NCBI RefSeq assembly: GCF_004010195.1
Contig: NC_057719.1
Span: forward strand, 66,944,764-66,987,330
Length of the DNA: 42,567 nucleotides
Origin: Chiloscyllium plagiosum
Lineage: Eukaryota
Reading direction: 5' to 3'
The notes beneath the pieces are model-generated. The model made no database searches. It saw nothing but the letters and a program-made list of their open reading frames with translations, and had not been told where the DNA came from. Positions 25,952 through 36,808 of the stretch are shown here, piece by piece. Made by a program: the position numbers and the translations under genes. Numbering within the stretch: the stretch's first letter is position 1; each line of letters opens with the position of its first letter.

Positions 25952-26895
25952 TATGACAATACTTTGACTTTAAGAGGTGTATTTTGTTTGTTTTTTTTCA
26001 TAAAGAAAGGTTGAAACAGAGGTGTTAAGCAGTCTTCTCAAAGCAGTTTTTTTAGATTACTTACAGTGTGGAAACAGGCCCTTCGGCCCAACAAGTCGAC
26101 ATCAACCCACCGGAGCGCAACCCACCCAGACCCATTCCCCTACATTTACCCCTTCACCTAACACTACGGGCAATTTAGCATGGCCATTTCACCTAACCTG
26201 CACAATTTTGGACTGTGGGAGGAAACCAGAGCAAATCCACGCAGACACGGGGAGAATGTGCAAACTCCACACAGACAGTCGCCTGAGGTGGGAATTGAAC
26301 CCAGGTCTCTGGCACTGTGAGGCAGCAGTGCTAACCACTGAGCCACCATGCCGCCCATTTTGTGAGGCTTTGGGTTTTTTTTTTAAGTTGAAACAATAGA
26401 AGCAGCCTGATGGATGGGAACTAGTTCCCACAGAACCAGGATTTTTATTTTAGCTTTCTGCTGTTGCTGGAGTCTTTAAACTGGCCGCGGAAGCTCTTAT
26501 TCCTCTCTCTAATACAGCTAAAAGCTGGGGTACCCTTCCTGCTGCTAGAATTGACTGTGAGACAATGTATTTGCCTTTGCCAAGGGTGTGTTTATGGGAT
26601 GTTGCTATATTGGAACAGTTAATTAGTAGTAGTTTAACTATATATATGTATATATATAAATTTGTTAAGCATTTTGGTAAAGTTACAATTAAAACAATTC
26701 TTTTCTTTTACTTTTCTTTAATGTATTTTAATGAAGTGTAAAAATAAAGTGTGTTTTGCCTAAAGTTAAAAAGTTTGCCCAATCAAAGTGCACCTGGAAC
26801 ACAATGCCTTGCACTTACTTTTAAATTAAGACAAAGTTAAGGTCTAGGCTATCTTCTTAATATATTTTTGAGGGGGTTTGATCTGGTGCGTAACA
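25952..26895 (+). mobile_element. Solo LTR (Gypsy/ERV-type) with 4-bp TSD ACTT
   Basis: ACTT at 25948-25951 and 26896-26899. Termini TATGAC…GTAACA (degenerate TG…CA). AATAAA at 26743-26748. Cleanly interrupts a CR1. Confidence 0.75.
26052..26356 (-). mobile_element. HE1-type shark SINE (tRNA head, V-SINE core, CR1-like tail)
   Basis: Reverse complement starts GGGCGGCATGGTGGCTCAGTGGTTAGCACTGCTGCCTCACAG…GGTTCAATTCCC, with core TGTGTGGAGTTTGCACATTCTCCCCGTGTCTGCGTGG and tail ctgtaagtaatcta. Confidence 0.9.
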
Positions 26896-28042
26896 ACTTC
26901 CTCTGGCAGCTCTTTCTATAGACACAGCACCCTCTGCATGGAAAATCTTATCTGTCAGGTCCGTTCTAAATCTCTATCTCTTACCTTAAACTACGCTGTC
27001 TAGTTTTGGACTCCCCAACCATAGGAAAAAGAACTTGTCTGCCCACCCTATCTGTGCCCCTCATGATTTTTAGAAACCTCCATAAGGCCAGCTGTCAGCT
27101 TCCAACAACCAGGGAAAACAGCCCCTGCCTATTTAGCGTCTTCCTATAACTCAAACCTTTCAACCCTGACAACGTCCTTGCAAATCTTTTCTGCACCCTA
27201 TCAAGTTTAACAACATTCTTCCTATAGAGGGGCAACCAGGATTGTATGCAGTATTCCAAAAGTATTTACCAAAAAACTGAATAGGGCAGCTTAAAAATAT
27301 AATCCATCATGAACAACAAAATTAAAGGTAAGCTGCTTGCTTAGGCCATGAAAACTAGTTTGTAAATAGGAAAGTTTACCAATGCTAGTAATGAGCAAGC
27401 TTCATTCTGAGTGAATATTTAAATAGTGTTCAAAGCAAATTTTAGTAATTTGGGTGTATAATACAAGAGTTTGCAATATTTCTGGCATTGGCATTTGTTG
27501 TGCTTTTCTTGCTTGAAGATGTTTTGCACCCTAATGCTCCACTTAATTCTAGATGAGATGTTGCAATAATGACTTATTGCTCAACTTCCTGACCAACAAG
27601 GCAGGGGGAAAGCAGATCAAATGCACCACTGAATAAAAATAAAGTCTTAAAGACAAATTCAATCTGACCAACTATGCAAGTAAATAAATGCCGCACTCTC
27701 ATTAGACTTCATGAATTTTTGATCAGCATGTATAACTGATAATGGTACATGATTTCTGCCAGATCTGCCATTGCTACCTGGTAAAATATTGTATTTTTTT
27801 TAATGACTGTTTTAAGTACATCTTAAAATTACAAATAATTGCTTCTACTACATTCACCATTGGAGACCTGAAACTGCACTATAGCTCATGGATGGTTATG
27901 ATAATGTAATCTATAGTAAACAATAAATTGTTATATTATTCAGCAATGACCCTACAGAAGTCATTCATATTGGACTCAGCTGAATATAAATAACAATTGT
28001 TGGACACTCAGATGAAAACACTTTTCCTTAATGGTGACCTAC

Positions 28043-28105
28043 ATATCAGAATGCGTTAGAGCAAAACTGTGCTGCAGCTTGCCTGAAGGTCTGTTACTTT
28101 ATAAG
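28043..28105 (+). CDS. RASGRP1: RASGRP1 coding exon (equivalent to human exon 4); 63 bp; absent from the ORF track
   Basis: Translates YQNALEQNCAAACLKVCYFI(R) versus recalled human YKDALAKNSPGLCLKICYFVR. AC acceptor, donor AG|GTGAGG. Confidence 0.93.
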
Positions 28106-29502
28106 GTGAGGCTTTTCCTGGAAGTAGTAACCACATCTATGAAAAGACAAGAAGCAAAGTGACTACCTGCAGAAGCGGCACAGCTCATTTTCGACTCAGT
28201 TGGAAATAATGTGGTTTAGTTTTGCAAATGCTTTATTGAAAATAAGCGAAGCTGTTTTTCTGTATGTGCAGTCTAAACTTTCATGTTTTTTTTAATTTGA
28301 AGTTTACTTGAGAAATGTTATTTTAATGTAGGTGCAACGTAGCACTAATATCACATGACAGACCAGCAAGTAGTCTTAAAAGTGTTAGAGCTAAAAACCT
28401 AGTTGATCAGTTTCAAGTTGTCCTTATCGGTATATGTGTGAGGAAGGTTGCAAGTGTTAAACTGATGTTTGATCACGGAATCATATAATTTACAGTGCAC
28501 TTAGAGGTCATTAGGCTCATCATTCTCTTTGAAGATGCAAATAATTGCTCTTTCTTTTTGCTTTAAGTATAAAGTATATGCTGGAAAGCTGCAAGGTATA
28601 ATTTTCAAATTCACGTTTCCCAGTTAATAACACTACAACTCTGTTGAGGGTTGTTTTTGTGAATGCTCCAAGAGACTTCATTTAGAAGCTGCATTGCTTG
28701 GTGCTTTGTGCATTTGCTGGAAATTAAGTTATTTAAGATTGCAGCAGGCACTTAATATTAAGTGTATTACAGATAATGAAATATGTTGAATAACATCAAT
28801 AAAGCACATTTTTCATGAGGAAATGAGCCCAATATAATCAACGGGCTATTGAAAAAAAGGAAAATGCAATCTTATCTCCAGTTAGCAATACTTTCATATA
28901 ACGATTTTGTTGCCACAGAAAATGCGTGCAATAATAAGCAGGTACAAATTCCTTTCAGATTTTAAGTAGATCTAAATTAGGTCAGACAGCTGTATTCAGA
29001 CTATGAACTGCAGTTCTGCTTGTTTCAAACACAGCCACAAATGCTATGCCATGTAATATCTGAGGCTGACTGCAGAATCAATGGCCTGATTAAGTAATTC
29101 AAATTAATGTCCCAAAGTGTGGAGGCTAGAGGCACATTCTTAATAGTGAAAGGATGACATAGTAATTTGTGTAAAAGATGGTTTATATATAAAAACATCA
29201 AAAATCAGCTTAGCGTCTGACTCCAAACCACACTCAAATGCAAAAACTGTCTGATACTACAACCACTGTGTTATTCACATCATGTCAGTCGTTGTGTAAC
29301 ACCTGTTTAATTTTATGTCAAGTTAAAGACGTTCAGTTAGGTGAGAGTAATGTGGTGCTGGCAATATTAACCTTTTCTTCAGTCCTGTATCACACAATGT
29401 AGGCAATATTCAGAAAAATAATGCTGGTGATGTTCTAGACTAGAATCTGAAATATACTTGGACTCATAAAGCCGATGTTGCAGAGTTATTTTCTGGTATA
29501 AA

Positions 29503-29812
29503 TTAGATTAGATTAGATTAGATTAGATTAGATTACTTACAGTGTGGAAACAGGCCCTTCGGCCCAACAAGTCCACACCGACCCTCCGAAGAACAACCCA
29601 TCCAGACCCATTCCCCTACATTTATCCCTTCACCTAACACTACGGGCAATTTAGCATGGCCAATTCACCTAGCCTGCACATCTTTAGATCGTGGGAGGAA
29701 ACCGGAGCACCCGGAGGAATCCCACGCAGACACGGGGAGAATGTGCAAACTCCACACAGACAGTTGCCCGAGGCAGGATTTGAACCAGGTCTCAGGCGCT
29801 ATGAGGCAGCAG
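29503..29812 (-). mobile_element. HE1-type SINE, slightly 5'-truncated, with (TTAGA)6 tail at 29503-29532
   Basis: Highly similar to 26052-26356. Possible TSD TGGTAT at 29494-29499 and 29813-29818. Confidence 0.9.
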
Positions 29813-30175
29813 TGGTATTGTTTTTAGTGAGAGGTGTTTTAATAGGACACATCAAAGAAACACTCTACACATTGGTAAAAGAATCCATATATTTGATTAT
29901 ATGATGACTTAATGAGAAGAGTTTTCTGATAGTCAGGGCCTACTATTCCACAAGAGGACAAAATGTATAAATATATAAAATCTCAGAGATGACCAAAATG
30001 TTCAATGACCCTGACTGACTGCTGCTCAGGACAGAAGTAATCACACCATGTTACTTCAGTTATGAGAAATCAAATAAAAATCACAATTTATTGTAACACA
30101 TGTAACATTAACAGAAACATAAAAGGGAAGGACTTCTAATTCATGCAACTTAAAATAAACTCCTTCAAAACCCCA

Positions 30176-30267
30176 AACACAAACACACTTACACATGCAC
30201 ACACATACTTTCTCACTCTCTTTCTCTTTCTCTTTTTCTCTCTCTCTCTCTCACACACACACACACT
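30176..30267. repeat. Imperfect compound microsatellite (CA)n-(CT)n-(CA)n
   Basis: Directly visible. Confidence 0.85.
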
Positions 30268-30314
30268 TTAATCACATTTAAAACAGACAATAGAAAACAG
30301 TTTAACACATATAC

Positions 30315-30916
30315 TGTGGGTGGAAAGGAATATAGATATATACTATATGGAACAAAATTTGAAAAAAATTATAAGTCCAGACCACAAAGTGGAACATTTT
30401 TACTCACACTGCTCAAGATTTTTATAATGAAGAGATGGTATTATCTGGAAATAGATACTTGTCCTCCGATTTGATGATTGATCAGGTGGATATTTTTGTT
30501 TTCTTTGAAGCATTTTTCAGTTTTCTGTTTATTTTCCTAGCACAGTTGGGAGTGGGGTGGTTGGTGGAGGAGCGGGCTGTGATTGGCAAGAAGAGGAGAG
30601 AGAGAGAGAGAGAAAAGGATGCTTTCAGTCTGCAGGCACTGGACATTGTCCACTTTCTTCTGTTCTTGGCATGTACAGCTGTTTTTAACAAACTGAAATT
30701 CAACAGATCAGCGGGCTGTTTAACTCAAAGATTCTTAGTGCCATTCAGTCTCAAATGGTTCCTCTTTTTGCATTCAAAATGAAACATAGTATTGCACAGC
30801 TCAACAATATGAAACAATTGATTTTCAATTTGCAAAATGTACTTTTTTTTCAGTTATGGCAGTCCAGCTTCCATTTCAGCTTACAGTTCCAAAAAATGAA
30901 AATATGTGACCTCACA
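30315..30916. mobile_element. Possible solo LTR, 602 bp
   Basis: TGTGGG…CTCACA termini flanked by ATAC (30311-30314 and 30917-30920). Contains (AG)n at ~30595-30612. No independent homology check. Confidence 0.35.
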
Positions 30917-30974
30917 ATACAGTAAACAAATTCTTATTTCCGTTATATTGAAAGTTGCATGGTTTATTTTGCAG

Positions 30975-31106
30975 ATACTGGATAAAAGAGTTCTGGATAA
31001 TGTTTAAAATGGACAAAGCTCTTTCAGAAACAATGGAAAGCTTTCAGGAACTGGTCAGAAGGAATGGCGAAGAGTCACATTCCCAGTTCATTGACACATC
31101 ACAAAT
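30975..31106 (+). CDS. RASGRP1: RASGRP1 coding exon (equivalent to exon 5); 132 bp; absent from the ORF track
   Basis: Acceptor tttattttgcAG. Translates [43 protein letters not shown](I). Donor AT|GTAAGA. Phases match both neighbouring exons. Confidence 0.96.
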
Positions 31107-31489
31107 GTAAGAAAAGAAGTTTGCATTCAATTTCTCTAAGACATAAGTACATTAGAAGGACTGTTCTAATTAGCACTCGAAGAATTATGTTTGTTTTAAG
31201 AATATTTGTACATGAATGGAGGTGAGGCATGAGGGAACATTTGGGGAAAATTTCAATGCAATCTTTTTCAAACATAGGCTCAGGTTTATGCCAGAATTGA
31301 GTGCCTCTCTGTTGTGGTGAAAGTAACTGGACTTGGCTTGGAATTTGAGCATGTACAGTTTACAGAGGTAGCTCACACTACTCCTGGTCAGGCAGGTGTC
31401 TGAAGTGTGCAAATAATATCAGGTGAAAGCAGTGCTGAAAGCTTGTGCATTTTACTAGATTGCTAATATTTTGGACAGGTATAACATCT

Positions 31490-31944
31490 AGGGTGTAGGT
31501 TTGCTCGCTGAGCTGTAGGTTTGATATCCAGATTTTCCATTACCTAGCTAGGTAACATCATCAGTGGCGACCTCCAAGTGAGGCGAAGCTGTTGTCTCCT
31601 ACTTTCTATTTATATCTTTCTCCTGGATGGGGTTCCTGGGGTTTGTGGTGATGTCATTTCCTGTTCGTTTTTTGAGGGGTTGATAGATGGCATCTAGATC
31701 TATGTGTTTGTTTATGGCGTTGTGGTTGGAGTGCCAGGCCTCTAGGAATTCTCTGGCATGTCTTTGCTTAGCCTGTCCCAGGATAGATGTGTTGTCCCAG
31801 TCAAAATGGTGGTTTTTTTCATCCGTGTGTAGGGCTATGAGGGAGAGAGGGTCGTGTCTTTTTGTGGCTAGCTGGTGTTCATGTATCCTGGTGGCTAACT
31901 TTCTTCCTGTTTGTCCTACGTAGTGTTTGTGGCAGTCCTTGCAT
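31490..31944 (-). mobile_element. Young 5'-truncated Penelope-like retroelement: GIY-YIG endonuclease C-terminus (31943-31599) and 3' UTR with hammerhead motif
   Basis: Uninterrupted 114-aa frame CKDCHKHYVGQTGRKLATRIHEHQLATKRHDPLSLIALHTDEKNHHFDWDNTSILGQAKQRHAREFLEAWHS…INRK*. Flanked by an exact 12-bp direct repeat GGTATAACATCT (31478-31489, 31945-31956). Confidence 0.92.
31523..31573 (-). ncRNA. Type I hammerhead ribozyme motif in the Penelope 3' UTR (variant core)
   Basis: Minus strand reads CCA CUGAUGA U GUUACCUAGCUAGGUAAU G GAAA A UC UGG. Stem I is CCA/UGG, stem II is the 16-bp palindrome at 31540-31555, and the stem III region deviates from GAAACGUC. Confidence 0.65.
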
Positions 31945-32539
31945 GGTATAACATCTCTTTAGATCTTGTCCTGGGACAACTTTGGGAGAGATAAGCTGTT
32001 ATTCAGAGGAGATAAAGCATCCTTTAGAAGCGGTGAGGCACTTCTTTGAGAGATCACTATGCTTTGGTTTAATAACTCACCCAAAAAATTATACTTCAGA
32101 GAATGTCCATACCGTCAGTACTGCACTATCACATATTTAGGGATTTAGTCTATGTTCTCAATTTAGTTGTTTATTTGATGTAATAAAGATATGGAAATAG
32201 TGATGGATTATAATGTACAGATCTCTTAACAGTAATCATTTTCATTGTTAAAGAATTCATGAAGTCACCTATTAATGATGAGAAGTGACTTGAGCTAAGA
32301 CTGATGATTCCATGTGCTATGCTGCTCTTATGGACTAAAGCCTGCATTATTCTGCCCTCATGGAGTCTATCTATCATAGATTGATACTCTTCTCTGTAGC
32401 CTTCAGACTTAGCCCCGAAGGCTAAGTTGCTTTCCCAGTTAAGGACATCTCTCTAGGGCTGGAGAGGAAATAGGAGAGGATGGGCAGGATTGTTGTTATA
32501 CACATTGATACCAACTACATTGATATGATTAGAAAGGAA

Positions 32540-33292
32540 ATTCTGTTGAAAAATTTGAACAGTTAGGATTTAAAAGGTGGCCTTCCAATGTAATAATTTC
32601 TGGATCAGCACTTGAGCCATGGACAAGCTGGTATTGGGCAAGTAAAGACAAGGAGTTAAATGCATTGCTCAGACTGTTATAGGGAGGAATGGACTTGAGC
32701 ACATGCAGCACTTGCACTCATACTGTGGTAGATGGGAGACGTTGACCAGATGTAATTTGAACTGTGATGGGATCAGTGTCCTGGTGAATTGGTTAAATAG
32801 AACTGCAGAGAAGGCTTTAAACTAATTGGAGGTAAGGGGAAAGAAGTCCTGAAGGTATTTAATTACTGATACTTAGAGTGGGACAAGAAGTGATAGAGTG
32901 TAGAAACATTTTAAAAAGCGGTCAAAGGAGAAAAAATGTTTTTTTTAAAAAAAGAGGCAAAATTAATGGCTCTCTATTGAAATGTTTTAGTATTTGGAGC
33001 AAAATAAATGAATTAATGGCACAAATAGAGGTTAATGAGTATGACTTTATAGCTATTACGGAGTTAAAGCTAGGAACTAAATAATCAGGGATATATCACT
33101 TTTCAAAAGGATAGACAGGAAGCGAAAGTTAATGGGCTTGCTTTGTTAGATGAAATAGACATAATAGCAAGATCTGATGCAATAGCAAGGTAAGGAAGAT
33201 TAGAAACCATATGGGCAGAGATAAGAAATAACAAGGGGAAGAAGACACTGTTGGAAATGGTCCATATGCCTCTAAACAGTAGCTATGTTGTA
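32540..33292 (+). mobile_element. Old CR1 fragment spanning the ORF1 end and the ORF2 APE start
   Basis: SIWSKINELMAQIEVNEYDFIAITE, and downstream ETIWAEIRNNKGKKTLL, match the CR1 APE N-terminus. Confidence 0.75.
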
Positions 33293-33708
33293 GAGCTTTT
33301 CCTATGGCGGTTGTTCGGCGAAAAGGTTTAGCTTATACAGTAGTTCTCTCACTCTCTCATAAACAGTGGTGTTACAGTAGTCACTTCCCAATCTATAAAA
33401 ACCATTCCAGAATCTGTGAAACTTTAAAGGACTCCTCATACACTACTACTGGTAGCAGTGATATGAAAAACACAACAAGGTGGTCAGAGATCTACAGATA
33501 TCAATGTAGATATTTCAATGGAACAAAATACGATATTGATCTAAGAAATGGGGAGAAGAGACAAAGGTATTTCAGTAACGTAGTGCTGATAAGAGAACAG
33601 ATTCTTGAAACCACATAACAGGTAATGGGACACTCCAATACGTGTCTCATCCTGTTTGACAAATATGTTTGAATGGACTGTCTGGACATCTTTACATTTA
33701 TTTGGCAG

Positions 33709-33862
33709 CAATACACGTGATTGGTCACGGAAAATCACACAACGGATAAAACCAAACTGTAGCAAAAAGCGAAAAGTTTCTCTCCTGTTTGATCACTTGG
33801 AGCCAGGAGAGCTGGCTGAACACCTAACCTACCTCGAGTTCAAGTCCTTCCGGAGGATCTCT
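33709..33862 (+). CDS. RASGRP1: RASGRP1 coding exon (equivalent to exon 6), REM-CDC25 junction; 154 bp
   Basis: Acceptor tttatttggcAG. Translates [51 protein letters not shown]. Donor CT|GTAAGT. Confidence 0.97.
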
Positions 33863-34954
33863 GTAAGTATGCCATTAACTGTATTGAGATATTGGAGGGA
33901 AAGTACTCAGATCAGAATACTGTCTTAAAATGATCTCTCTATTTTACATTACTGAGTGAGATAAAACACTTCTTCAATTTACTCATTTAAGACTCAAACA
34001 CTTACAGATAAATTGCAAAGTAGAAAATTGTGATGGATACTGAAATGATTGATGATGTGTGGGAAATCATTAAATTCTGACAAAGCAGACAACACCAGCG
34101 CAGCAGTAAGAGAAATGATCCTGGACTTCCATTTATCATGCATTCAAATTCAATCAATCACACTAGGAAAGTACCTCTTCTTAACTTATATTTGAATTTC
34201 AAGGATTGATTCATAGTGGGGTTTCTAAATTCCAACCTGAATGTCCAGTGACCATTTCGCCTTTATGAATTTGTGTTGATAATGTATTTGTCCAAAACAG
34301 TTTGAGTAATACTAAAATAGTTAAAAATTCATCCAGAAAATACAATGTTATCATGGCATTTTTGTTTTGCTTCCCCCAAACCCCGAATACGTTTCTCCTT
34401 ATAGAATGCAATCAGCTACATTTGGGAGAATCTTCGGTCCATTGTGTTCATGTCGGGTCTCAGGAAAAACAATTCAGCTCATCCATGCCTCTTTCTTTTC
34501 CCTGATTCTTTTCTCTATTCATTTCAATATCCAGTTACCAGTGAAAAGTCAGAATGGAATTTGTCCTCACCCCATTGCCTTTATTCACTGAATGGCAGGT
34601 GGAACTCTGACATTGTATTCTGAGATGTATAGGTTAGATTTGACGCTACCATGTACTGGGCATTCCACACTTGAATCTGCAAATGAAATCAATCTGACAT
34701 TGGCACTAATTACACAACGCCTTTCATGTTCTTGCCTTACTGTGACTCTAAAAGTAGCTTTGGGATATTGAAAGTTGCCATTGTCCTCGAGGACAATTGT
34801 CTGCTCTCTTATTAAAAAGAGACAACTGTGGTGTGTCTAAACTAAGGATCACCACACTTCAGACAAGGGGGTGAGACTGAGAAGATGGAACCCATGCTGT
34901 CTGTATCATTCAACCTTGCAAAACAACTAACTGATCCCTGACACTCATCCAAGA

Positions 34955-35262
34955 ATGATTTTGCCTTTCATGTCCTCAGGTCAACCCAAAACAATGGCAG
35001 CCAATCAAGTAATTTCTCATTTAATTGTTCTAATGTAGGAGCCATGGTAGTTAACCTGTGCATGTTAAGATCTGCAAACAATAAAGGAATAAATGACCAA
35101 CTCTTTCACGTATTGCTGAGAGAGAAATGTTAGGCAGGACTTTGGGAGAATTCCCCACCTGTTCTTTAAGCAAAGCCTTAGGAACTTTCATGTTCGCCTG
35201 AGAGTTAGCAGATGGTTTCACATCTCATTTGAAAAACAGTCCTCTAGTACTGCACTGAAACA
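34955..35262 (-). mobile_element. Ancient Deu-domain SINE relic (SacSINE1/AmnSINE1-like)
   Basis: Order of motifs gcctttcatgtcctcagg…cagccaatcaagta…aatgtagga…aatgacca…ggagaattcccc…cctgagag…tctcatttgaaa…agtactgcactg follows my recollection of the DeuSINE consensus. Confidence 0.6.
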
Positions 35263-35689
35263 GTCTATTACATTTTGTGTTTAGGGCTTACAAATCTCTT
35301 AAATGGAGCTTGTACCTGCAGCCTTTTGAGTCAATGCTCTATTGCTGCCACTGAACAACAGTGGACACTTAGCATATTACACTTGTCCCTCCATAACAAC
35401 ATAGAAATGCTATTACATGCAAGGCATCACTTATACCTTCAGTACTGCCTTTGGAGGTAGTTTATGGTGCATTATTGGTGACAGTCTCTCCCTAATAAAA
35501 AAGATAACAGAGGCAAAGGTACTGGATATCTTTTTTTTTCTCATTGCTGGTTGTAAGAGAGCTCAAGCATTTAATTATTGTATCTTTTAAATATTCTTGA
35601 GCTGTATAGATCTGTTTGTCACATACAGGACCATCCCTCTATCATAAGTCAGAAGTGCTGAAGATTGCACAATGTTCATGTCCAAGTAC

Positions 35690-36480
35690 AACAAGACATG
35701 ACAATATCCAGGCTTGCGCTGATAAGTGGCAAATAATGTTTGTGCTACACAAATGTCAGACATTGACCATCTCCAATGAAAGAGAATTTAGCCATCATCC
35801 CTTAGCATTCAATGGTACCACCATCACCAACAACACCCTAGGGGTTACCATTAATCAGAAACAAAACCGGTCTAGCCATATAAAATCAATGCCTTTAAGG
35901 GCAGTTTGGAGGCTAAGAATCTTGCATTTAGTAACTGATATTCTGACTCCCTCAAACCAATCCACAAGGCCAAAGGCAGGAGTGTGATCAAATCTTCACC
36001 AATTGCCTGAATAGGTACAACTTCAACAACACTCAAGAAGCTTGGCACAATCCTGGATAAAGTAGCATACTTGACCAGCACCACATCCTGCGACATCTAC
36101 TCCCTCGACCACTGATGCTCAGTAGCGTCAGTGTGTACCATCTATGAGATGTACTGCAGAAGTGCACCATGGGTCCTTGGAGAGCACCTTCCAAATCCAT
36201 GATTACTACCATTTCGATAGCAGATACATGGGAACTCCACCCACCTGAAATTTTCTGTCCAAGCCATTCACCCTTCAGATTTGTAAGTATATCACCATCT
36301 CTTCAGTACCATTGGTCAAAATCCTACAACTCATTCCTAATAGTTCTGTGGGTCTACATACACCAAATTAACTGCAGCAATTCGAAAAGGCAGCTCACCA
36401 TCACCTTGCCAAAGGCAACTAGGGATGGGCAATAAATGCTGGCTCAGTCAGCAATGCCATACATTCTATAAATTAATTAA
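35690..36480 (+). mobile_element. Non-LTR retrotransposon (CR1/L2 group) RT C-terminus and 3' tail
   Basis: DNIQACADKWQIMFVLHKCQTLTIS…LGVTINQK; tail ggcaactagggatgggcaataaatgctggc. Confidence 0.75.
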
Positions 36481-36634
36481 AGCATACAGAAAGATCTATT
36501 GTCAACCAAATTGATGTGAATTCAATAATTGTGCAATTCAATTAAAAGCTGTTCTGCAACATAAAGGCAGCTTAAGGTGAACCAGGAAATTAATGAATAG
36601 AAAATAGAGTATAACCAGGACTTATTTTATCCAG

Positions 36635-36808
36635 TTTTCAGATTATCAGAATTATGTGTTGACTGGCTGTGTAAAGGACAATCCCACGATGGAACGTTCT
36701 GTTGCTTTGTGTAATGGCATTTCACAGTGGGTCCAGCTTATGGTTCTCAGCAGACCAACACCACAGTTACGGGCTGAAGTCTTCACCAAGTTTATTTGTG
36801 TGGCTCAG
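36635..36808 (+). CDS. RASGRP1: RASGRP1 coding exon (equivalent to exon 7), CDC25 domain; 174 bp
   Basis: Acceptor cttattttatccAG. Translates [58 protein letters not shown]. Donor CAG|GTACGG. Confidence 0.96.

Larger units (their letters stand above)
25785..27263 (-). mobile_element. CR1 LINE 3' fragment in two pieces (25785-25951 and 26896-27263), interrupted by a solo LTR
   Basis: Joining the pieces restores cctccaccacttcctctggcagc, the reverse complement of gttgccagaggaagtggtggagg seen in the + copy near 13950. Confidence 0.88.
20055..28042 (+). other. RASGRP1: U12-type (minor spliceosome) AT-AC intron of RASGRP1, 7988 bp, phase 2
   Basis: 5' end ATATCCTTTT matches the U11 consensus. The 3' end is TTTTCCTTAATggtgacctAC: a U12 branch site (TTCCTTAAY) about 10 nt before the terminal AC, with no polypyrimidine tract in between. 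Removing the intron restores the frame (CT|A TAT CAG = L Y Q). Confidence 0.95.

Noticed and set aside
26270..26356. tRNA gene
   Set aside because: A and B boxes belong to the SINE head and run into the V-SINE core; no complete cloverleaf.
14893..27263. Inverted CR1 copies flanking exon 3 as drivers of a circular RNA
   Set aside because: The copies are diverged and far apart, and exon 3 has a U12 donor with a U2 acceptor, so single-exon back-splicing is unlikely.
29503..29532. Telomere-like or CRISPR-like repeat (TTAGA)6
   Set aside because: It is the tandem 3' tail of the adjacent HE1 SINE; it is not TTAGGG and has no spacers.
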